From contig CAIJLV010000183.1 of the NCBI GenBank assembly GCA_903821635.1, forward strand, positions 97,542-161,541: DNA of 64,000 bases. The letters are read 5' to 3'. The notes under the pieces were generated by a model. The model was not told the DNA's origin and searched no databases. It worked only from the letters and a program-made list of their open reading frames with translations. Shown in pieces: positions 57,677-64,000 of this stretch (position 1 is the first letter of the stretch; each line of letters opens with the position of its first letter). The position numbers and the translations under genes are program-made. The DNA is from an uncultured Verrucomicrobiota bacterium. GTDB taxonomy: Bacteria; Verrucomicrobiota; Verrucomicrobiia; Limisphaerales; UBA9464.

Positions 57677-60125
57677 GGCGGGCGGATCGATCGAGGGCTT
57701 GTTCCTGTTCGAGGATGGCGACGGTGGTCTTGAGCACGGTGTCGGGATTGAGCGAAATGCTGTCGATGCCTTGCTCGACGAGGAACTGGGCGAACTCGGG
57801 GTAGTCGCTGGGCGCTTGGCCGCAGATGCCAATCTTGCGTCCGCGCCGCCGACAGACGGCAATGACTTGAGCGATCATCGCCTTCACGGCGGCGTTCCGT
57901 TCGTCGAAGATCGGCGCCACGATTTCACTGTCGCGGTCCACGCCGAGGATGAGTTGGGTCAGGTCGTTGGAACCGATGCTGAAGCCGTCGAACAGATCGC
58001 AGAACTCGTCGGCGAGGATCACGTTGCTCGGGATTTCGCACATGACGTAAAGCTCCAACCCGTGTTCGCCGCGCCGGAGTCCGTGTTTGGCCAGTTCGGC
58101 TTGGACGCGGCGGCCTTCCTCCGGGGTGCGGCAGAAGGGAATCATCACCTTGAGATTGGTCAGGCCCATGGTCTCGCGGACCTTTTTGACCGCCTGACAT
58201 TCCAGGGCGAAGCCCGCTTGGTAGCGCGGGTGGTAATACCGGCTGGCACCGCGGAACCCGAGCATCGGATTTTCCTCCGTCGGTTCGTAGGCCGCCCCGC
58301 CGATGAGGTGGGCGTATTCGTTGGTCTTGAAGTCGCTGAGCCGGAGGATGACCTCCTTCGGGTAAAACGCGGCGGCCAGCATCGCGACGCCCTGCGCCAG
58401 CTTGTCGACGAAGAACCGCGGTTTGTCCGGCTCGCCCACGGTGAGGGCCTCGATCTGGGACCGCACTGCGGCGTCGGTCAGCGTGGCGAAGCCGAGCAGG
58501 GCGAGCGGATGCACCTTGATGAAGGTGTTGATGATGAATTCTTCGCGGGCCAGGCCGACGCCGTCGTTGGGGATGAAGCTGAGGGAGAAGGCTTCATCCG
58601 GATTCCCGACGTTCAACATCACCTTGGTGCGGGGGCGGACGAAATCCCGCAGGTTTGACCGCTGCACAGACCACGGCAGTTGGCCGCTGTAAACGAAGCC
58701 CGTGTCGCCCTCGGCGCAGCTCACCGTCACCACGTCGCCGTCCTTCAACCGGGCGGTGCCGTGCTCGGTGCCGACCAAGGCGGGCACGCCCAACTCCCGG
58801 CTGACGATGGCCGCGTGGCAGGTGCGGCCGCCGCGGTTGGTCACGATCGCCGCGGCCCGCTTCATGATGGGTTCCCAATCGGGATCCGTCTTATCCGTGA
58901 CCAGCACTTCACCCGCTTGAAACTGATCCAGATACTGCGCGCTCGAAATCACGCGTATCGGGCCGCTGGCAATCTTCTCACCCACGCTCCGGCCGGTCAG
59001 CAAAACCGGGCCGCGGTGTTGGAGGCGGTAGACTTCGATTTCTTCGGGTGCCCGGCGGGACTGCACCGTTTCCGGCCGCGCCTGCACGATGAAAAGTGCC
59101 CCGGTGTGTCCGTCCTTGGCCCATTCCAAATCCATGGGCTGGGGGTGGCCGTGTTTCGCGGAATAGTGGTCCTCGATCACGCAGGCCCAACGGGCGAGTT
59201 GCAGGATGTCGTCCTCGGCGAGCGCAAACCGGGCGCGATCCCCGGGCGGCACGGGCACATTGTTCACCCGGCGGTCGCCGCCCACGTCATAGACGAGCTT
59301 GAATTCCTTGGTGCCGAGAATCTTTTGGAGGATCGGCCGGTGGCCGGTCTTCAGCGTCGGTTTGAACACGTAGTATTCGTCGGGGTTGACGCTGCCCAGC
59401 ACGACGTTTTCGCCGAGTCCGTAGGCGGCGTTAATGAGCACCACGTCGCGAAAACCGGTCTCGGTATCGAGCGTGAACATGACGCCGCTCGTCGCAAGGT
59501 CAGAGCGCACCATGCGCTGCACCCCGATGCTGAGGGCGACCTTGAAATGTTCAAACCCCCGGTCGACGCGGTAGCTGAGGGCGCGATCGGTGAACAGCGA
59601 GGCAAACGAACGGCGGCAGCAATCCAGCAGGGCCGATTGGCCCTGCACGTTGAGATAGGTCTCCTGTTGGCCCGCGAAACTGGCGTCCGGCAAATCCTCC
59701 GCCGTGGCGCTGGAGCGCACCGCCACATCTGGCGGCAGGGCGGCGGGGCCCTGAAAGCTGCGGTAAGCCGAGGCCAGCTCCGCCTCCAAGTCGGCCGGCA
59801 GCGGCGTGGCCAAGATGGCGCCGCGAATCTCGCGGCCGCGGGTTTGCAGGTTCGCGATGTCCCGGGTGTCCAGTCCGCCCAGCAAAGCCCGGATGCGGGG
59901 TTCGAGCCCGGTGGATTTCAGGAAGTGCCAATACCCCTCGGCGGTCACGGCAAAGCCGTCCGGCACGGCGATGCCCCGCGGCGTCAGTTCGCGGAACATT
60001 TCCCCGAGGGATGCATTTTTACCCCCGACCAACGGCACATCTTCAATGCCGATTTCGGCGAACCAGCGGATGTAGCGGCCGCGCGGCGCGACCGGCGGGA
60101 AAACAGGCTTGGGTGCACCATTCAT
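57654..60125 (-). CDS. ppsA: Phosphoenolpyruvate synthase (water dikinase)
   Basis: VPLVGGKNASLGEM at the N-terminus, swivel domain GGRTCHAAIVSRELGVPA (catalytic His) and a C-terminal PEP-utilizer TIM barrel. Confidence 0.92.
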   Translation of the reverse strand: MNGAPKPVFPPVAPRGRYIRWFAEIGIEDVPLVGGKNASLGEMFRELTPRGIAVPDGFAVTAEGYWHFLKSTGLEPRIRALLGGLDTRDIANLQTRGREIRGAILATPLPADLEAELASAYRSFQGPAALPPDVAVRSSATAEDLPDASFAGQQETYLNVQGQSALLDCCRRSFASLFTDRALSYRVDRGFEHFKVALSIGVQRMVRSDLATSGVMFTLDTETGFRDVVLINAAYGLGENVVLGSVNPDEYYVFKPTLKTGHRPILQKILGTKEFKLVYDVGGDRRVNNVPVPPGDRARFALAEDDILQLARWACVIEDHYSAKHGHPQPMDLEWAKDGHTGALFIVQARPETVQSRRAPEEIEVYRLQHRGPVLLTGRSVGEKIASGPIRVISSAQYLDQFQAGEVLVTDKTDPDWEPIMKRAAAIVTNRGGRTCHAAIVSRELGVPALVGTEHGTARLKDGDVVTVSCAEGDTGFVYSGQLPWSVQRSNLRDFVRPRTKVMLNVGNPDEAFSLSFIPNDGVGLAREEFIINTFIKVHPLALLGFATLTDAAVRSQIEALTVGEPDKPRFFVDKLAQGVAMLAAAFYPKEVILRLSDFKTNEYAHLIGGAAYEPTEENPMLGFRGASRYYHPRYQAGFALECQAVKKVRETMGLTNLKVMIPFCRTPEEGRRVQAELAKHGLRRGEHGLELYVMCEIPSNVILADEFCDLFDGFSIGSNDLTQLILGVDRDSEIVAPIFDERNAAVKAMIAQVIAVCRRRGRKIGICGQAPSDYPEFAQFLVEQGIDSISLNPDTVLKTTVAILEQEQALDRSARHAPSFHQ

Positions 60126-60271
60126 GGGATCCTCCATTCAACCGCTGCAACGTGGGCGAAGCGTTCCCGGTGTCACCCTCCCGGCCTTGGCAAAGTCCAC
60201 CCGATTCTTGGATCGATCCGGCCGCCGCGAAACACTTGGCGACCGGGGCCGGCTTCGGCCAGTCTGGCGCC

Positions 60272-61138
60272 ATGCCGATTTCCGAAGCTCCCAAGTTGAG
60301 CAAATGGCCGTTCCTAATGGGCGATCTCCTGTTGGTGGGGCTGGGCGCCTTGGTCCTGCAAACCAGCCGTTGGCCGCTGGAGCCGCTGGCGCTGGGTCTG
60401 GTCGCCGCCTGCTTTGCCTTGGGGGCGTGGCTCGCCATCCTGCCCTTTCTCCGCGAACACGCCGCTGCGGTAAAACTCTGGGAACAGACCAACCTCGCCG
60501 AAGCCGCCCAGCAGATCGACCGCCTCGCGACGTTGGCCAACCACATCGCCGCCGCCACCGGGCAATGGCAGGCCGTGCAGGAAGTTTCCGGCAAGACCGT
60601 CGCCAGCGCCACCGAACTGGCCACCAAGATGAACCAGGAGGCGCGGGTCTTCGCCGAGTTCATCCAGCGCACCCACGATCAGGAAAAGCAGACGCTGCGG
60701 CTCGAAGTCGAAAAATTGCGCCGGAACGAAGGTGATTTCCTGCAAGTGCTAGTGCACCTGCTCGACCACATTTACGCCCTCTTCTGCGCCGCCGCGCGCA
60801 CCGGCCAGCAGCCGATCATCGCCCAACTCAGCCAGTTTCGGGCCGCGTGTCTCGATACTGTCCGCCGCCTCGGCGTGGGCACCCATGAAGCCCGGGCCGG
60901 CGACGAATTCGACACCCGGCTCCACCAGACGCCCGACGGCAAGGATCCCGCACCCGGTGCGAAGATCGTCGGCACCATCGCGTGCGGCTATTCGTATCAG
61001 GGCCAGCCGGTGCGCCGCATTCTTGTGGCGCTACAAAAGGATGAAGTCGCGCCCGCCCCGACGCCGAACGAACCGGCCGCCGCGCCGGCCGATGCCGAGG
61101 ACCCGGAACTGCCGCTTGCCCCGGAGCCGACCGCCTGA
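60272..61138 (+). CDS. Membrane-anchored coiled-coil protein with GrpE-like C-terminal domain
   Basis: Two N-terminal TM helices, a coiled coil, then ...ARAGDEFDTRLHQ....KIVGTIACGYSYQGQPVRRILVAL, which resembles the GrpE beta-domain. Confidence 0.55.
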   Translation: MPISEAPKLSKWPFLMGDLLLVGLGALVLQTSRWPLEPLALGLVAACFALGAWLAILPFLREHAAAVKLWEQTNLAEAAQQIDRLATLANHIAAATGQWQAVQEVSGKTVASATELATKMNQEARVFAEFIQRTHDQEKQTLRLEVEKLRRNEGDFLQVLVHLLDHIYALFCAAARTGQQPIIAQLSQFRAACLDTVRRLGVGTHEARAGDEFDTRLHQTPDGKDPAPGAKIVGTIACGYSYQGQPVRRILVALQKDEVAPAPTPNEPAAAPADAEDPELPLAPEPTA

Positions 61139-61256
61139 GCGCGCCGGCCCCACGAGTCGTGGGTGGCTCGGCCAGCCTGAGGCTGGCGCGATGACGGGGT
61201 GACTTACCACGGGTTAGTCATTGGCAGTTGCGCCCGGGTGGGTTGTTTTTAGCGCC

Positions 61257-62648
61257 ATGAGTTTGTCGTTTAAAGCGATCTGGTTGGTGATCGCCGGCGG
61301 GTTGGTTGCTGGTTTCGTCGGCTGCCGGACCATGCCCTCGCCCGTCGTTGGCCCCGTGCCGCCGGCGGTTCGAACCGAATTCGCCCTCGCTCCCCATTAT
61401 CAGAAAATGCTCCGCGTCGGGTCGTTTCCGATCGTGGGCTCCACGAACGTCTCGGATTCCGCCCTGAGTGAAGCCGCGTGGATCGTGTCGCACCTGCTTG
61501 CGGCCCGTCCCGAGCTCTTGGCGACGTTGGCCACCAACCGGGCTCGGCTCGCGGTGATGGCTTACAACGAATTCACCACCGACGTGCCGGAACATGCCGG
61601 CCTGAAACCACGGGTGTTCTGGGATCGCCGGGCGCGCGGTTTGGGTGCCACCCCCAGCGCGCCGGCGGTCAGTTGCGGCGAGGAAAACTTGCTGTCCTTC
61701 CCCGGCGATATCTACCCGCAGGAGAATATCCTCGTGCACGAATTTGCCCACGCCGTCCACGAAATGGGCCTGCGAACCGTGGATCCGACGTTTGACACCC
61801 GCCTGTTGGCCGCCTACCGCGGCGCCACCAACCGCGGACTTTGGAAGGGCACCTACGCGGCCGTGAGCCACTCCGAATACTGGGCGGAAAGCGTCCAGAG
61901 CTGGTTCGATGACAACCGAGAAAACGACTCCCTCCACAACCACGTCAACACCCGCGCCGAACTGAAGGCCTACGATCCCGCGGTGGCCCAACTGTGCGCG
62001 GAAGCCTTCGGCGACGGCCCGTGGCGCTACGTCCGACCCGCAAAACGCCCCGCCGCCGAACGCACCCATCTGCTTGGCTATGATCCGGCGCAAGCTCCCA
62101 CCTTCCGCTGGCGCGACGAGCCCGTGCCGGCCCGTCCCCGGGTGCGACTTTACACCGCCGCGGGCGAGCTCGAGCTGGAACTCGACACCCGCGCCGCGCC
62201 GCAGACGGTGACCAACTTCCTCCGCTATGTGCATGCGGGGCACTACGCCGACGGGCAGTTTTACCGCGCCGTCACCGCCCAGAACCAACCGACCAACGCG
62301 GTGAAAATCGCCGTGCTCCAAGCCCGAGCCAACCAAGCGAAAACGAATCAGTTCTTCCCCGCCATTCCGCTCGAACGCACCCGCGACAGCGGCCTGCGCC
62401 ATCTTGACGGCACCCTCTCCATGGCCCGCTCCGGCCCTGACACGGCGCAGGATCAATTCTTCATCTGCATCGGCGATCAGCCTGAACTCGACTTCGGCGG
62501 CCGGCGCCATTCCGACGGTCAGGGCTTCGCCGCCTTTGGTCGGGTGGTGCAAGGGTTGGAGCTCATCCGCCAATTTCATGGCCAAGCGGTCGAGGGCCAG
62601 CAACTCCGGGAGCCCGTGCCGGTGCAGCGGGCGATTCGTCTGAATTGA
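61257..62648 (+). CDS. Lipoprotein fusing an HExxH metallopeptidase-like domain to a cyclophilin-type peptidyl-prolyl isomerase
   Basis: Lipobox FVGC and the zinc motif VHEFAHAVHE. C-terminal cyclophilin blocks are TVTNFLRYV..G.Y....FYR and LSMARSGPDTAQDQFFI. Confidence 0.75.
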   Translation: MSLSFKAIWLVIAGGLVAGFVGCRTMPSPVVGPVPPAVRTEFALAPHYQKMLRVGSFPIVGSTNVSDSALSEAAWIVSHLLAARPELLATLATNRARLAVMAYNEFTTDVPEHAGLKPRVFWDRRARGLGATPSAPAVSCGEENLLSFPGDIYPQENILVHEFAHAVHEMGLRTVDPTFDTRLLAAYRGATNRGLWKGTYAAVSHSEYWAESVQSWFDDNRENDSLHNHVNTRAELKAYDPAVAQLCAEAFGDGPWRYVRPAKRPAAERTHLLGYDPAQAPTFRWRDEPVPARPRVRLYTAAGELELELDTRAAPQTVTNFLRYVHAGHYADGQFYRAVTAQNQPTNAVKIAVLQARANQAKTNQFFPAIPLERTRDSGLRHLDGTLSMARSGPDTAQDQFFICIGDQPELDFGGRRHSDGQGFAAFGRVVQGLELIRQFHGQAVEGQQLREPVPVQRAIRLN

Positions 62649-62690
62649 CCCCCCGAAGTCCGCGGGGATCGCGGGTGGGCCGAGACCGGA

Positions 62691-64000
62691 TTAGGCCCCG
62701 GCGGCCAACGCAAAACGCACCCGCTGCCCACTGCGAAATTGGGCGAGCCGGGCCAGTTCCGCCGGCGCGAGCAGCCCGAGCTTGGGGTAACCGCCCAGAG
62801 TCGGACCGTCCGGTTGGGTGACGATTGGTTGGCCGTTGGCGGGCACTTGGATCGACCCCGGCAGCACTGGCTCCGAGAGGATCTGGGCTGGCTCCGGATG
62901 CAACGGCACCCCGGTGAGCCGATACCCCACCCGGTCGCACTGGCTGGAAACCGTCCATGCTTCCGCAAAGAAACGTGTGCGGTCGGCGGGTGAAAAGGCC
63001 GCCCACTGCGGGCCGGGCCAAATCTGGAGCGGTGCCGGGTGCTTCCAGTCGGGGAGCTCGCGCTCTACAACCCGGCGGCTGGCGACGGCCGAGGGCGGCT
63101 GGAATGGGGCGGCCGAGGCCCCGGTGAGGATTTCGCCCACGCCGAGGGCTTGGCCTAAGCCAGCGCGGGGATTGGCACTGAGTGAACCCAGCACCGGCTC
63201 GCCGCCGAAGCCGCCGGGCACGGCCAGATAGGTCCAAACCCCAGCCGGCCCGGGCGGAAATTCCAGCACTTCGCCGGCGCTCACGCGAAAGGCGGAATTG
63301 CGTTCTCGTCCCCGCGGCGCGGTGCTGCCGGCCACCGCGAGCCAGCCCGCGGTGAGCACTTCGAGGCGCTGACCTTGGAGACACAATTCCAACCCGGCGG
63401 CGGCCGCGGGGTTGTCGAGCAAGCGATTTGCCCACGCGGCGGCGGCCGGATCCATCGCCCCACCCGGCGGCACCCCGAAACGGCTGAAACCCGGGCGCCC
63501 CAAGTCTTGCCGGCTCGCCCCGATGCCCGGTGAAAGGATTCGCAGCCGGACAGCGGACGAAGTGGGGCGGGCCAGCCGCTCGGGGGTGGATTCGGTGAGT
63601 CTGGTTGCGGGGCTGGTTTCGCCGGCGGGGAGCGCGCGCCAGCGAACGTGATCGCCCACCCGCAGCCGAAACATCGTTTCGACGGCACCGGCGTGCGGGT
63701 CAAAAAGCGTCTCCGCAGTGTGCCCGATCAGGTTCCACCCTCCCGGACTGGCGATACTATAAACACCCGTGTGCTCGCCTCCGATGGCGACACTGCCGGC
63801 CGGCACCCGCGGCCGCGGGGACGCTAAGCGCGGCGTGTGGAGGCGCGGATCCAATCCGCCCAAATAGGGGAAACCCGGCGCGAAGCCGAGGCAATGAACC
63901 CGGTAGGTCGGCGCGGTGTGTCGGGCTATGACTTCGTCCCGCGGCAGTCGGGCATGGGCGGCCACCCGGTCGAGGTCCAGCCCGGCGTAGTGGACGGGAA
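62691..64000 (-). CDS. 5-oxoprolinase subunits PxpB-PxpC fused (KipI/KipA, allophanate-hydrolase subunit 1/2 family); 5' end beyond the window
   Basis: The PxpB part is YRVHCLGFAPGFPYLGGLDPRL..PR.RVPAGSVAIGG..TGVY. The PxpC part is LRILSPGIGASRQDLGRPG..FGVPPGGAMD. The frame stays open to position 64000. Confidence 0.8.
   Translation of the reverse strand, partial: PVHYAGLDLDRVAAHARLPRDEVIARHTAPTYRVHCLGFAPGFPYLGGLDPRLHTPRLASPRPRVPAGSVAIGGEHTGVYSIASPGGWNLIGHTAETLFDPHAGAVETMFRLRVGDHVRWRALPAGETSPATRLTESTPERLARPTSSAVRLRILSPGIGASRQDLGRPGFSRFGVPPGGAMDPAAAAWANRLLDNPAAAAGLELCLQGQRLEVLTAGWLAVAGSTAPRGRERNSAFRVSAGEVLEFPPGPAGVWTYLAVPGGFGGEPVLGSLSANPRAGLGQALGVGEILTGASAAPFQPPSAVASRRVVERELPDWKHPAPLQIWPGPQWAAFSPADRTRFFAEAWTVSSQCDRVGYRLTGVPLHPEPAQILSEPVLPGSIQVPANGQPIVTQPDGPTLGGYPKLGLLAPAELARLAQFRSGQRVRFALAAGA

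Noticed and set aside
61149-61187. Two short hairpins after the GrpE-like gene (CCCACG-AGT-CGTGGG and GCCAGCC-TGA-GGCTGGC), considered as an intrinsic terminator
   Set aside because: They have 3-nt loops and no following T-run. They cannot be distinguished from chance GC palindromes.
1-64000. Scanned by eye for tRNA T-loop/acceptor patterns, rRNA, CRISPR-like spaced direct repeats, and transposase/integrase/recombinase genes or terminal inverted repeats
   Set aside because: I recognised none. A manual scan cannot exclude small ncRNAs or degenerate elements; tRNAscan/Infernal and a self-dot-plot would be decisive.

Overview
High-GC (about 66-68% by hand-sampled lines) bacterial chromosomal segment. 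Gene content suggests the PVC superphylum, most likely Verrucomicrobiota (Opitutales-like): a prepilin/DUF1559-type protein, many secreted glycan-active proteins and Planctomycete-style beta-propellers. This placement is inference. I support about 52 protein-coding genes or gene remnants. I found no rRNA, tRNA, CRISPR array, transposase or integrase. Housekeeping genes include pckG, purL, ppsA, class I fumarase alpha/beta, apaG, yacG, a formate dehydrogenase with a formate channel, and a partial pxpB-pxpC fusion. Accessory genes include GH140-like, GHL15-like, sialidase, LamG, polysaccharide deacetylase and esterases. The most interesting points are: (1) a tetR-controlled efflux operon whose RND permease and outer-membrane factor are joined in one stop-less 1544-aa frame; (2) a tightly packed five-gene minus-strand operon (redoxin-YHS, DoxX, DinB, DedA::ATP-grasp fusion, NRDE/TANGO2), divergent from an ECF sigma/anti-sigma-DUF4266-DUF3570-TlpA operon, in which the ATP-grasp gene carries a hidden 1-nt frameshift that cuts off its E-x-N catalytic motif; (3) a near-consensus sigma-54 promoter in front of a triple-repeat secreted protein, a FecR-TPR-beta-barrel giant protein and a CHASE2 hybrid kinase, with a sigma-54 enhancer-binding response regulator 2 kb away; (4) a gene-decay scar made of two adjacent broken hydrolase genes. 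Many long antisense ORFs in the track are GC-driven shadow ORFs and were rejected.
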